Made by a program: the position numbers and the translations under genes
Shown: one piece after another, positions 28,525 to 44,130 of the stretch
Position numbering within the stretch: position 1 is the first letter of the stretch
How the letters are laid out: the number at the start of each line of letters is the position of its first letter
Origin: the human T2T-CHM13v2.0 reference genome, Homo sapiens
DNA: 64,000 bases
NCBI RefSeq assembly: GCF_009914755.1
Contig: NC_060929.1
Direction: 5' to 3' (one strand)
Notes under the pieces: model-generated
The model's input: the letters and a program-made list of their open reading frames with translations, nothing else
Told to the model about the DNA's origin: nothing
The model's database searches: none

Positions 28525-30804
28525 TTACACTTTCAAAAGTTTTTTTTCTTTTAACCAGTTAAGTAACATTTTTTTAAAAAAAGTATTGTTGGGATTCCTG
28601 CCATCTCAAGCAGACCATATAGAATATAATCTATGAATTCTGTAGGTGATGATTATGTGTGTCAGCTCCCCAAGGGTGCACACCTTGAGGTTGATTAAAG
28701 TGCATAGACACAAAGGAGGAAATCGGGAAACGAAGCAGTGTAGTAGTTTGAGGCCACGTATTAAATGTGTCTGCCTCCTCTCTCCTTCCATTCCCCTCCC
28801 TCCCACACCCATTTGCTTCCAATCATCTACTCATTTAAACTCAGAAAGATGGAGGGTGGACACAAGAGGTCAGTCGACCTTGGTTATTCCATCACTAACT
28901 TCATTTTATGTTGTTTTACATTTTGGTTTTGGAGGCAGTCCCAAGGCTGACTAAATACATCCATGTGGGACTCAAGTGCATATGTTCACAGGCCCTTTTC
29001 TCTCATTTTTGTGCACCTAGGTCCTCTAGTTTCTTAAAGTTAGCAAAAGAATGATTTCTGGTTACATGGGACCTTGCTGGAATAAGCTCTGTACTTCAAA
29101 GTGCAGGAAAAGCATGAATGGCTTGCTCAATACACGCCTTTTCAATTCTTTTTTCTCTCTTGTCTTAAAAGCAGATCCTGAGATAAAGATTCAGATAAAA
29201 GCAGGTTGTTTGGCAGGTGAAGGAAACACCAACAGGTGAGTGAGATGTGAGAGAAGATGAAGGCAGCTGGTAAAGAGTCTGTTACAAGCCAGCCTCCACC
29301 ATGGGCAGCTGGAGCTGAAGCCTACTCCGGAAAACAGTGTTCCACTCACCCCCCAGAGTCACCACGACCAACTCCTGTAAGTCAATAGTTGAACATTGAT
29401 GAGCTGTTAATATTTTCACACTTTTGGCCTGACTGCATGGGTGGACAAAGTGTGCTTAGGTGGCTGAAGAAAGTGGAAGTCAGGCACCATGAGCTGACAT
29501 GGTAATGGTGAGGAGATATGAGCGGGGCACCTACAGTGCAGCTGGAGTTGGTGACGTGAGAATGGCCCCCATTCTCAGCCCATTGATTTGGAGACTTGCA
29601 TTTCGAGAATGAATTAAGAGACAGCTATGACTCTCCTTTAGCTATACTAATCTAGAAATGCTGGTTTCCAATGTTATTGGAAGAAAAATATAATTGCTAC
29701 TAAGTAGGACCACATTCTACCTATCTATGCAGCGTTTTCTTGTTTATATCCTGAATACATTATCCCATGAATTGCCTAACTCAACCTTATTTTACTTTTA
29801 TAATAATTTGACTACTGACAATTTGAATTTCTTTCTTCTCTCTTGAATAGTCAGATAGGGGTTCGTAAGAGGTGATTTCCTAGCGTCAGTTTACTCCACT
29901 CGCTCAACCCAGACGTTTCTTGAAATTATAGAGTAGTGATTTTGAAAAATATAAGTCAAGCATTGCTTATTTCTAAAAACTTTCTGTTATCCTTATAAGT
30001 TTCTTAGCTGTGGGAGTAGGGTGTACAAATATACAGGGATTCTGTCTCATGTTGTAGTGGTACGTTGTTTTTTTCTGCCAGCATCTTTTTCTTGTGGATC
30101 CGTTTTTCCTCAAATCCATTTGGCTGTGTGTATATGTGTGTGTGTGTGTATGCATAATGGATCTCATAAATATACATCCCACTTCCAGGGTTGGCATGGG
30201 ACTGGACCCATCTTACTGTAGCATTGGCTGGACACACAGAGGTGGAAACATGATCCAATCATGGCCAGAGTATACAGTGTGTGTAAGAGAGAGAAAGAGA
30301 GAGGAACTGGGGGGACTGAAGCTCTCCTTTTTCCTTGTTTGCTCATCCGGGATAACATAAAGCTGGGGATGACTGTGGTCACTTTCGTGACTCCTCTAGG
30401 TGGAGAGGCATAGATAGCATGCCGAGTGTAGCCAAGTGGAGACAAATAATAGAGACGAAAAGTCCTGGAGGTTTAGGCCCTGGATCTGGCTTGATTGAGC
30501 TTGACCTCAGGGCCTTCTGAACCAGTTTTTCTGTGAGCTAATAATTCTTCTTCTTCTTGTTTTTTTTGTTTTTTTTTGCTTAAGCTAATTTAAATTAGGG
30601 TTTTGCACCTGCAATAGAAAGGCTTCTGACTAAAACATATACTCAGAGCTGGCAAGAAACTGAAGGTGAAAAAGAAAATGTGTCAGAAAAAAGTTTAGAG
30701 ATACCTAGCTTAATAATGAAAAATCTTAGACACAATAAAATGCATTCAATATCAACTAATGAGATTTTATATGAAATAGAGTATGTATAAAATTATGACA
30801 CAAT

Positions 30805-31098
<294 letters not shown>

Positions 31099-31476
31099 AA
31101 TTATGACACAACTGGCAACAAACACTGTCTGTTATTTTCCTTCAAGTGACTGGAATACAAAGTGAAATGTCCACCAGTACCCATATCTGGATAACCATAC
31201 TTTGCCAGTCAGTGTTTTTTCAAGAAAATATGGTATTGCATGAAAAAAGTGTCTAATTCAGTGTGCAACTCCAATACTCACACAAATTGTTTTCCTCAAG
31301 TCAATCAGTACTTTAGCATGCAACAAAAGTGCTTTACGAGGACTCTCCATTTTATAACACTGTATTAAAAAACAGTACACTCAAAGGTTGACAACTAACA
31401 TTTTTTAGTGCTTTATCAAGGACATTCCTAAGTGAAACTCTTTTTCCTTAAACTTTTTTTCTATAACCTCATATTA

Positions 31477-32347
<871 letters not shown>

Positions 32348-33064
32348 GAGAGCAAGACATATCCATCTCAATATTATTATGAAAATAGTTTTGATCTGGC
32401 AGATTCCTTGAAAGAATTTGGGGAACCCACAGGAGTGGGTGGGCCATACTTTGCAAATCACTAATTTAAAATGTGCTATCATTCTATCATTGAAAAAAAG
32501 ACTTATCGCGTCCTTGTGATTGCCAGGCACTTTTGAGAGCAAGGGATATGTCAGTGAACAAAACAAGGAATTCTGCCTTCATGGGGGCCATTTTCTAGCA
32601 GGGTAGCAATAGACAATAAGAGCAAATATAATATGTAGGCAAATTAGGAAATGCATTAGGAGATGATAAGTGCTATGGACAAAATAAAAAGCAGAGCAAG
32701 GTAAGAGTGACTGGGAGTGCTGGTGGGTGACAGGTAGCAGGTTGAAAGTTTAGAGTGGTCAGGATAGGCCTCATTGCAAAGGTGATAATTTTGAGCAAAG
32801 TCTTAAAAAAGATGAAGGAGTTAGCCATGTGGCTTTCTGGTGGAAGAGCATTTCAGTTAAAGAAACTGCCAGTGCAAAAGCTACAAAGTTAGGGGTATGC
32901 CTGGTATGGTTAAAAAACACAGGGACACCAGTGGGGAGGGAGTGGAGAGATTGAATGTAAAGTACTAGAAAATGTGGTCAGAGAAGTAAGGGAGGGAGCA
33001 CATCATGTAGAGAAATGGGAGACACTGGAGGGCAGAAGAGTGACCCAATTTCTCTTATGCCTTA

Positions 33065-33277
<213 letters not shown>

Positions 33278-33499
33278 TCAGTCAGTCAGTTTTGTAGCTG
33301 TGTTGAGGATAGAGAACAAGGATAGAAAATGGATGAGTGATAATAATGGGCCAGGCCAGAGTGGTAGATGTGGAGCTGGTGAGAAGGTAGACTCAGTAGA
33401 AATTCCTAATGGTTTTGATGTGGGGTATAAGAGTAAGAGAGAATTCAAAGATAACTTCAAAGCTATTGACCTGAGTAACTGAGAAGATGGTGAATCTCT

Positions 33500-33816
33500 T
33501 ATACAAAAATAATTCAAAATTTGCCATAAATCAAAGTAAAGTGTAAAATTATAAAACTTTAAAAAGAAAATACTGAAGATCTTCATGACCTATAGATAAG
33601 CAAATAATTCTTAAACATGACACCAAAAGCATGATCCATAAAAGAAAACAAACAATGTGTTGGACTCATCAAAATTAAACATTTTTGCTCTGTTTAAATA
33701 TTCTGTTAAGAAAATAAAAATAAAGTCATAGCCTCGGAAAAATTATTTGCAAATCACATATCCCACAAAGGCTTTGTATCCAGTATCTATCTGTCTGTCT
33801 ATCTATCTATCCATTC

Positions 33817-33853
<37 letters not shown>

Positions 33854-34882
33854 CACACACATACTATTTAAACTCAACAACAAGAAAATAAACAATCCCA
33901 TTTGAAAATGGGAAAAAAGATCTGAACAAATACATATCCAAAGGATAGCAGAGAAGCACATGAAAAGATGTTTAACATTATTAACCCTTGGGGAAATGCA
34001 ATTAAAGTCACCATGATATACTCCAGCATACCTATCAGAGTGCCTAAAGTAAAAAATACAATACCAAGTGCTGACAAGGATGAGGAACAACTGGGTCTCA
34101 GATATTGTTGGCAGAAATGTAAAGTGGTATGGCTAGTCAGGAATACAATTTGGAATTTCTTATAAAGTTAAACATATACTTCCCATATGATCCAGCAATG
34201 CTACTCCTGGATATTTATCCTAGGGAAGCGAAAACTTATGTTAAACAAAACCCAGTACACAAATTATTCATAGCAGCTTTATTTCTAATAGGCAAAAAGT
34301 AGAAACAACACAAACGTCCTTCAACAAGTGAATGAATAAACAAACAAACTGTGGTATATCTATATACGCAAATACTGCTCAGACAAAAAATAAAAAGAAT
34401 GCATGTAACAACTTGAATGGATGTCAAAGGTATCAGGCTGAGAGAAAAAAAAAGTCAATTTCAAAAAGCTACCTACCATATGATTCAATTTATATGACAT
34501 TCTCAATATGACACAATTATAGAGATGTGGAATGGATCAGTGGTTGCCAGGGGTTGGGGTTGGAGGGGAGAGGGCATGAGGGAGCTTGTTTGGGGTAAAG
34601 GAATAATTCTATATACTGATTGTATCTACTGCTGGTTACAAATATCTCAACATGTAACAACATTTCTTAAAACATTTCATACATCAAGAAAAAAAGTGCA
34701 TATAAAAACTGGTGAAATCGAAAAAGGTCCATAGTTTAGTCAACAGTATTGTACCAATGCCAATTTCCTGATTTTTATACTCGTACTGTAGTTATGTAAG
34801 ATGTTATTTTGGGGGGAATCAGGGTGAAGGATTCTGTACTATTTTTGCAACTTATCCATGAGCCTAAAATTAACTCAAAATA
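33500..34882 (+). mobile_element. Old L1M (L1MC/MB-like) 3' fragment
   Basis: Degenerate ORF2 3' end and 3' UTR (gatcagtggttgccagggg; gtaccaatgccaatttcctg). Confidence 0.85.
33785..33860. repeat. Compound (TCTG/TCTA)n tetranucleotide STR
   Basis: tatctatctgtctgtctatctatct... run. Confidence 0.95.
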
Positions 34883-35257
34883 AAAGGAAAAAGCTAGGGT
34901 TTCCATTAACCAGGATTAAAAAGACTGCACATAGAGTAAGTTTTACAGGAGGAGATGAGGGGTTCAATTTTTGATGTTCTAAATTTCAGATGTCCAGTAC
35001 AAATGCTTATGTACAAGCCTGGCATTTGGGAAGGGAATCTGAATGAAATATGCATTTGGGAGATTATATTTAAAACCATGAGACTGGATAAGCTCATCCA
35101 GGACAGGAATGTAGATCAAAAAGAAAAGAGGAGCAAGGACTGGCCTTGGGGTGTTCTACTACCAGACAACAGGAGAGAACAGAGTGAACTCTTGGGAGGT
35201 AATAGTTCCACGTTTACGATTTTCCTTTTTGTGAAAACTTTTTAGGGTGAGTGTGAC

Positions 35258-35259
<2 letters not shown>

Positions 35260-35292
<33 letters not shown>
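35260..35292. repeat. (TG)n microsatellite
   Basis: About 16 uninterrupted TG units. Confidence 0.95.
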
Positions 35293-35293
<1 letters not shown>

Positions 35294-35380
35294 GACAGAG
35301 CTCTGTTCCAATCTATCAGATTTACTGGTAGATTTGAACCTCTTTCAGTTACTGTGGATTTCTTTCTCTTTCTTTGTATC

Positions 35381-36643
35381 TTAGATATTTTTATTTGTTC
35401 ATATTTGTTACTTATCAGGAATGACTGAAATAAAAAATGTAATTGAGTCCCATAATCATAATCATCATTACCACCATCATCATGATGGAAATGGCTTTAA
35501 GTGAGAACTGGTCATACGAATATTATTGCTCCTGATTTTCAACAGTAAATAGTTGCCATTAATGAATGCACAACCCAGAGTCTACCAACAAGGCTCAAGA
35601 TATTTTAAATAATATAACATGCCTGTTCACAGGGGAAAAAACCCAGGAAATAACTTATGTGTACTTCTTTATTTTATCATATAAGAAAAGCATAGAAACA
35701 CCACCCATGCCTCTGAGAATGCTGGACCATGCACCTTTGAGAAAAGCTTTGTCTCCTTCATCATGAGCAATTTTCCTCCAGCAGTCAGGGATGCCTGTGT
35801 GCAGAATATCAGTTCCTTTGAACCCTGACCCTGTCATCTTGTGGTGGCAAACAGTATCAAATGGATAGGAATGACTTTTTATCCCAGCAATGCCAGTGAC
35901 AGATTGTGCGATCATCAGCTGATGAAGATGTTAGCATTCTTGGGATCTGGAAAAATGCCTTTTGCAGTGTCACGGATACCAAAGTAGGGAGCTTGGTAGA
36001 TGATAATACCCCACACTGACACGTTAAAGCCTTGGTTCAGTCTCTTAATTCCATCGGATTTGTAGATCTTAACCAGGCAGTTACTGAGGCTTCTAGATTC
36101 CCTTTCAGCTCTAGCTTTACCCACATTAGCTGCTAGACAGGTACAAAGTCAAGTAGCTGCGAAAATCAAGAGGGTACACCATACACAAGGATGTGGCCCA
36201 GTGGCATCACTGGGGGCCAGATTGCCTGCAATGTAGCACCACAACTGGGGCCTCTCGTCCACCCCACCTCAGAAGATCTGCTTCTGTTTACCTTGGGCAA
36301 AGTTGACAGCCTAGGTGGGTAAGTATCTGATGACACTGGCCAGGTTACCGTGGCAGAAGGACAGGACTCCCTGCTCCTTGGGGGTATGAACCACAGAGTC
36401 TGTCTAGTCCTTGCATAGCTTATCTGCGGTGATCTGCTTGCTGGCATGCTGCACTTGCAGCAGCAGCTTGACCCACTTGATGGGCACTGCTGTGTTCTTG
36501 GATATGGCCGCAGCCACGCCACCTGCCAGAAAGTCCTTGGAGAAGGTCACAGTGGCATCTGTCATATTGAAAGGAAAGAGGAGGCTGGCAACTGTGAGAT
36601 GGGACTGGGCTGGGAACCAGCTTTGATTCTGGGACTCAGGGCA
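35381..36643 (-). pseudogene. SLC25A5P9: Processed pseudogene of SLC25A5 (ANT2, mitochondrial ADP/ATP translocase)
   Basis: ATG at 36565 ([23 protein letters not shown]...[18 protein letters not shown]); C-terminus [13 protein letters not shown]...LYDKIKKYT* ending at 35655; intronless and frameshifted; both UTRs and AATAAA retained; TSD ttctttctcttt at 35360-35371 and 36647-36658. The pseudogene number is recalled, not verified. Confidence 0.93.
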
Positions 36644-37089
36644 GAATTCTTTCTCTTTTCCTCTGTATTTCATCAATTCTGATAAAAATTTACAGGATAT
36701 CAGTAGGAATGCCCCTCACTTCCCCTCATCTATTGAACTCGGCTCAATGATTTTACAAACTGTTATTTTTTTCAATCCCCGCTACCTCTAGGGATCATGT
36801 GTGGTAATATCAATGCTTTGGGAAAAATGAACATTGGTTCCATTAAAGAGGATGGAACATCCGTTGTGAGACTACTTTCCCTAAGGGAAAGATAAACACA
36901 AAATCTGATTCACATTTAGGAAAAATTTTTTTACTTTCCTGAAATCATTGTTCATTTATGATCAGTGTCTACTCTTACCATTTTATTTTTAAACAAAAGT
37001 TCTATCTCCTTTGCCACCATTTTCCCATTATCATTGCTGTTAAAAAATTAATCCACCTAATTAACTAACTTTCACTTAATGAGTAGGCA

Positions 37090-39020
37090 AATCACGATAA
37101 TTGCTTTATAGGTTTAGGAATGCAGCCTTGCTCAGAGGGAAGCTTATAATAACTAATGCATATGTTAAGAAACAAGAAGGGGTAAAAATCAATGATCTTA
37201 GCATCCATCTCAAGAAGTTAGAAAAAGAACAGCAAATTAAAACCAAACAAAGGGGGAGAAAAGGAATAATAAAAATGAAAGCAGAAAATAATGAGATATA
37301 GAGCAAACACATAATACATAGAAAAGTTTAACCCAAACAAAAGTTATCTCTGTGCAAGAAAGTTTGACAAAGACAAAAAAGAAAAGCTATAATTGCCAAC
37401 ATCAGGAATTAAGAATGGAACATCACTTTAGATCCTATAAGTATTAAATTATGTATGAGGATACTATAAAAATTTATTCCAGTGAATTTAAAAAATGACA
37501 CAACTTAATTACTAGTAAAAAACAATTTACCAAACTGACACCTATTTCTGACATGAGTAGAAATAGAACATATGAGCAATCATTTTGTAAGTTGACTATT
37601 CATATTCTCAGTCCATATTCAACTGGGATGTTTGTTTTTTAAAAAATTGATTCATGGAACTTCTTTATATATTAATATATTAACTCTTCGTCATATACCT
37701 TGTAAATGTTTCCCTCAGTGTTTTTACCTTAACATTTTATTCATAGGATATAGAAATTTGAAATTTTATTATATAGTTAAGTTTGTTGAACTTTTCCTTT
37801 CTAAATTTTTTTGCTATTATTCTCAGTCTATCCTTATATGTTTTCTTCCAGTTTATGATGATGACGATGATGATATGTTTTTAAAATTAATTCTTTAAAA
37901 CTTCTGGAACTTAATTTGATGTGTGATATGAAGCAAAGGATCAGTTGTTTCCCCCCAGCCCCCATAGCCAATTTTCTCAACATCATTTAAAATATAATCA
38001 ATATTTTTTTCCATTGGTTTCTGATGCTCCCTTGATCAAATACTTAAAGTTTGTGTATACTAGTGTCTGTTTCTCTTTTTACTTCTTTGTTAATTCTTCT
38101 GTAAAATTGCTCTTTAAACTTTTTTTCGTGCCTTTCACACCTTTTAGAAGAACATTAATTTTACCGTGTTAAAAAAAAATCCCATGGAAGTTATTCAGTT
38201 GTTTTTTTAAAACTATATGGTTTGGAGGTGAAAATCCAGACATTTTAACAAAGTTAATGTGTCAAACTTAATAAAAGATCAGAGTTTGTGCTCTGACATG
38301 CATTATCTGTAAAATGTCAATAGTAATATTTGATAGATTTGTTGGAAAGATACAATAAAATGTAAAATATATAAAATACCTTGAACAATCCTTGGTATAG
38401 CTGGGTAATAATAACTCCCAATATTCATTGCCTTCAGTGAATGCTGACTATTGGCTCACACTTCCATTGATAAAATAAAAAATAAAATAAAATTTGCCTT
38501 TTATTAGTATTAGAGGTATTTGATCTTTACATCCTTTTATGCAGCATCTCTCTTCTTTTATATAAGTATTTTATTCCCTTAGCAAAATTCAATTGTTTTC
38601 TTCATATTAATCATACACTTTTTGGTTAGGTTTATTCACAAATATTTTATGCTTTATATTGTTGTTTTGTATAAACTTGGTTTTCTCTCATTGTCTCTTT
38701 GGTCATTAATGCTATTAGGCAAGACTGAAGATGTATCTTTATCTTGTATCAGATTACTTTGCTGAAGTCTAAAAAATTAATCTGAGACATTTTCAATTCT
38801 CATATAGGCTATGTAAGATGATCTTGTGTCCTTATTTCTAATAAAGTGTTTATTTTTTGTTTCTATTCCTTAATTTTTGAAATTGAATTCAAAAGGAGAA
38901 TAAGATGATGTATTCTCTTGTTTTGATCCTTAATTTTAATAGAAGTGCCTCTATCCTTTTACTCTAAGTTACTGTGTTGGCTTTTGGTTTAAAGTAGGTA
39001 TTTGTTACCATGTCGACAAA
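37090..39020. mobile_element. Very old L1M fragments in both orientations
   Basis: ORF2-like LRGKLI..NAY..KINDLSIHLKKLEKEQQ on + to ~37590, then minus-strand L1M-like sequence. Confidence 0.7.
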
Positions 39021-41859
39021 GTGCCAGCTATGACTCTCAGGCTGCACAGTCAGGTGTGCAAGGAAAGTGACTGAAGCAAATTTGTATTTTGAGCCTTATT
39101 CTGCCAGATGGTAAGACCTTAATCTCAGTTAATTAAGGGTTTTCCCTCTCTTTTTTCCAGGGAACTTACATTGTTCCAGGGCATGGGGAGAGAGTGGGGA
39201 ACTGATTCTGTGCAATCTCCTCCTCCTTTCACATATCCCTGTATCTCTCTCCTCCCAGTTCTTGCTAAATCAGTCAGCAAAGGTGGGAGAGGCTGGGTAG
39301 GGAGGAGCAGCAGAGGTTGGGGTATTCTTTCTTGTCTCTTTCTCTCACAGATTGCATTGGGGTATGGTAGAAAGGAACATTCAGAGAAGTTTTCCTTGCC
39401 CTGATTCCTCTTCTCTTTCCTTGACAGCTCGTCCTATGCTATAAATTTCACAACTCACTGGCTGTGGGGTGAAGTCAAAGGTGGAGCATGGAATGTGGAA
39501 TGGTGGAAACGAGAAGGTTGGGGAGGATCTGGGCAACTGTGGGAGGAGAGGGGAGGATAGAAGAAAGGACAATTCCAGTAGCAAGTAGAAAGAGGGAGTA
39601 GGTCTAGGTCAGCATAGCCTGGCTGCTCTTCTGTTGATAAAATTAGAAAAATAAAATAAATTTTGTCCTTTATTAGCATTTCACATAAGGAAGTTTGCTG
39701 GCTATTCCTAGTGAGAGACATCTTTGATTTCAATCACAAATTATAAAAAAGGAAAAAGTAGGTGTAACTTAAATAACTTTCCCTTTTTAATATTTCATAT
39801 ATATGTAAATATAGATCCCATATACATATAAATACATATATATGTTAATGTAGATTTCATGAATTTTATATATATGTTCTGTAAATATTCTGAAAAAATA
39901 TATAAATTTGTATTTTGAGCCCTTATTCTGTATGAGCCTTCATATATATGTGTGAAATTTTCACATAAAGGGCAGCTTTGACATATGCCATTGATTTTGA
40001 TACAACATGTTGCTTGGAAGAACAGAGGTAAATTATTTATTTTGTGAAAATGTGTTTAAACAACAGAGTGTTTTGATTTCCTTTGGAAGAAAAGCCTGCT
40101 TTCCATTCTACTTGTCCCTTGGAGAATGCAGCAGTCAGGATGGCTGCACTGGGGGACCACACTCAGCAATGCAGTCTCCTTTCTCCAGATAGCACATTGT
40201 CATTTATTTTTGAAGCTGCAGTTTTGTGCTGTTATTTTTTCTTCTCCATCTGATTCATTCTGAGTCATGGGAAGCACATTCTCATTGCTATGGGGTACAC
40301 TGCAGAGAGGGCTCACTTGCTTGTTCTGCACCATTAAATTCTTGCTTGTGTCTTTCTATCAGAAATGGTTTGAGGAGTCACAGCACAGAAAAAAAAGGGA
40401 ATATGAGCATTGTGCTTGGGAAGATTCAGACTAGGAGAAATAAGATTAATAAAGTGTTCTTTTTTTTTTGTGAACTAATGTGCTTGATGGACAACTAAAT
40501 CTCTCTGTCTTTCATTGTTCTCAAGCAAACAAGGAACCACTCAACAATGGCATTCTCTCCTGATAAAGGATTTCATTTGAGCATGCCAGTTTCCCAGGCA
40601 AGGGGTGAGGGGTGTGTGGGATCACCTTAGTGTCAGAACAGCATTATCAAATGTCAGATGTCCTTGGTCATCATCTTCCCCAAATGTATTAGCTTATAAT
40701 CTGTCAGCAAGGAATTGAAAGCTATTATTCCAGTCATACTGACAGGACATGATTTTCCAAAATATAGGAGGTTTCTGTTCATTAAGAATCCACTGGTGCT
40801 GAGCATAGTTTGAAAATTTTAATTTGAACAAAAGTGGTCCTGTACTCTATGAGAGTTACTGCCAAGGTGATAGAACAAGGGCAATATACTTTGAAGATAT
40901 TAAAAGCTGGACTAGAATGAAAGTATGGTGCAGTTCTCTCCTTTTCTCCTTTTATTCTGTGCTTAATACAATTATTTTAAACATAAATATGGTGCATTTT
41001 AGAACATGGAGACAATGAATCAAAAACTCATTCTTTGACCTCTCTTTTGCCTCAAAACATTTAAATCTAATTGATTTGCTATAGTAGTAATAATTCCATT
41101 CACAAGAGACAAAAGCCATAACATCAATAAAATGATAAATGCAATTTGTTATATTAGTGGCAAGCAATTGGAACAAAATATATTAGTAATTTAGAAACCA
41201 TTCTGTATTTATGTGCATGCTTCCTATTAAAAAGAAATGCACAGAATGGACGGACATAGGGGATAACATATTTTCCCATTGAGATGAGTCGTTTTATTTG
41301 AGATTTATTCTATTGTAAGTTATAAAAAAGCGTATTTGCCCCTGTAACTGCAGCTTGCAGTAGAATCCATTTTCAGCACTTTTGAATTCAGCTCACATAG
41401 CCTTCTTGTAGGCTACAAGGAGGTTCAAGCTGTTCTAAAATAGTCATCACGATCCATTACACTCTGTTCCCTGTAGCTTTTGTTCCCAGTTGCGTGTGAT
41501 ACTGTAATTGTGAAAGAAAATTTAAAATACATGCTGACTTTACACATGGAAGGGTTATAGTTTCATTTGTTCAAAGCATTCTTGCATATATTATCCAAAA
41601 TCTTGTATGAATAATCCAGGACAAAGGTAACATTTCAAAACAGGACATATCAAATTAATATTTCTTTATGTTAAAAGAAACACCTTAGGAGAAAAATGCC
41701 AAGTTTACATGTGGCATTTTGACTTGGTTTACATGTGGGAAATAGAAAATTCAAGCCAATAATTTAAACCCTAAAGATTTACTACAAATATCTGTATCAC
41801 CAAAGTAAAAGCATTTTGCCTAAGAACACATTAAAAATTTCTTTAAAAATTGTATTCTT

Positions 41860-42206
<347 letters not shown>

Positions 42207-43143
42207 TTATTCCATTTCTAAATAATAATGAAAGACATGATATTTTAGATTATGTTTGCAATAATCTAAACATAGATTATTTTTGGATGTTGTAGCTTAT
42301 AGTGAAAGACTTTGAGAGTATTAGAAAAACAACGAAGAGAAAACACTTCCATTCTAGTTCCTGACTTCACACACATTTTAGGGAAAGCTCAACCTTTTCT
42401 CCCAGGAACTGTCTCCTATTCCTTATGCTCATTTTTGCTTCATGTCTTCCAGTCATCCAATCTTCCTTGATATCCTTCACATTTCCCTTCTCTATCCAAT
42501 CAGTTATCAAGTCCTATTGCATCTTCTCTTGCAAAACTGCTCTCCTTTAGAGAATCTCAGAATTTTATGCCTTTGAAGGAGACTCCTACAGTCCAGTTTT
42601 TCTCAAAACTTTTTAAGTAGCAGAAACTTTTCTCCAAATGTTACACAGAAGTCCCCAAATTGATAGTAACGATAAAAATAAAACAGATAAAAGAAAATTT
42701 GGTTTGGTTGAAGCAAGACTTGGGGGGCACAGACTCTTACCTATTTGGTCCATTCATGCTGCCTTGCTATTGTCTCCAAAGATGCTTTCCCTAACCCCAA
42801 GGGATCCTTGGAATGGAGAAAATGAAGGTCCAAAGAGATTAAGTGACTTGTCCAGGATCATGAAGCCAGTTAGCAGAGCTGGTCCCAGAAGTCAAGCTAA
42901 AGTTTAGTGCTCTTTTGGCTACATCAGGCAAACTCACTATCAACACCACCCACCACCTGACAGAGCTTACTGTAGTCTCTAGTCTCTCCTGTTAAACTTC
43001 TCCGTTTACAAAACATAAGGTATTTTCCATCCTTTGTATCTGTCCCCTGTGCAATAGGCTCCCAGGGCTCTCCACTGCCTCTGAGATCAAGTGCAAGTCT
43101 TTACGGGTTCATTTCAGGCTCTTTATAATTTGCACATTTTCTT

Positions 43144-44130
43144 TCTTTTTTAAAAATTATTATTATACTTTAAGTTCTAGGGTACATGTGTACAACATGC
43201 AGGTTTGTTACATAGGTATACATGTGCCATGTTGGTTTGCTGCACCATCCACTCGTCATTTACATTAGGTATTTCTCCTAATGCTATCCCTCCCCTAGCC
43301 CCCCATCCCTCGACAGGCCCCGGTGTGGGATGTTCCCTGCCCTGTGTCCAAGCGTTCTCATTGTTCAATTCCCACCTATTAGTGAGAATATGCGGTGTTT
43401 GGTTTTCTGTCCTTGTGATAGTTTGCTGAGAATGATGCTTTCCAGCTTCATCCATGTCCCTGCAAAGGACAGGAACTCATCCTTTTTTAGGGCTGCATAG
43501 TATTCCATAGTGTATATGTGCCACATTTTCTTAATCCAGTCTATCACTGATGGACATTTGGGTTGTTTCCACGTCTTTACTATTGTGAATAGTGCTGCAA
43601 TAAACATACGTGTGCATGTGTCTTTATAGTAGCATGATTTATAATCCTTTGGGTATATACCCAGTAATGGGATGGCTGGGTCAAATGGTATTTCTAGTTC
43701 TAGATGCTTGAGGAATTGCCATACTGTCTTCCACAGTGGTTGAACTAATTTACACTTCCATCAACAATGTAAAAGTATTCCTATTTCTCCACATCCTCTC
43801 TAGCATCTGTTGTTTCCTGACTTTTTAATGATCGTCATTCTAACTGGCATAAGATGGTATCTCATTGTGGTTTTGATTTGCATTTCTCTAATGACCAGTG
43901 ATGATGAGCATTTTTTCATGTGTCTGTTGGCTGCATAAATGTCTTCTTTTGAGAAGTGTCTGTTCATATCCTTTGCCTAATTTTTGATGGGCTGTTTGTT
44001 TTTTTCTTGTAAATTTGTTTAAGTTCTTTGTAGATTCTGGATATTAGCCCTTTGTCAGATGGGTAGATTGCAAAAATTTTCCCCCATTCTATAGGTTGCC
44101 TGTTCACTCTGATGGTAGTTTCTTTCGCCG
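43144..44130 (-). mobile_element. 5'-truncated L1PA (PA6/7-like)
   Basis: L1PA 3' UTR and ORF2 end; 17-bp TSD aatttgcacattttctt at 43127-43143 and 44131-44147. Confidence 0.93.

Noticed and set aside
36166-36522. 118-aa ORF in the pseudogene
   Set aside because: Off-frame translation of the ANT2 retrocopy.
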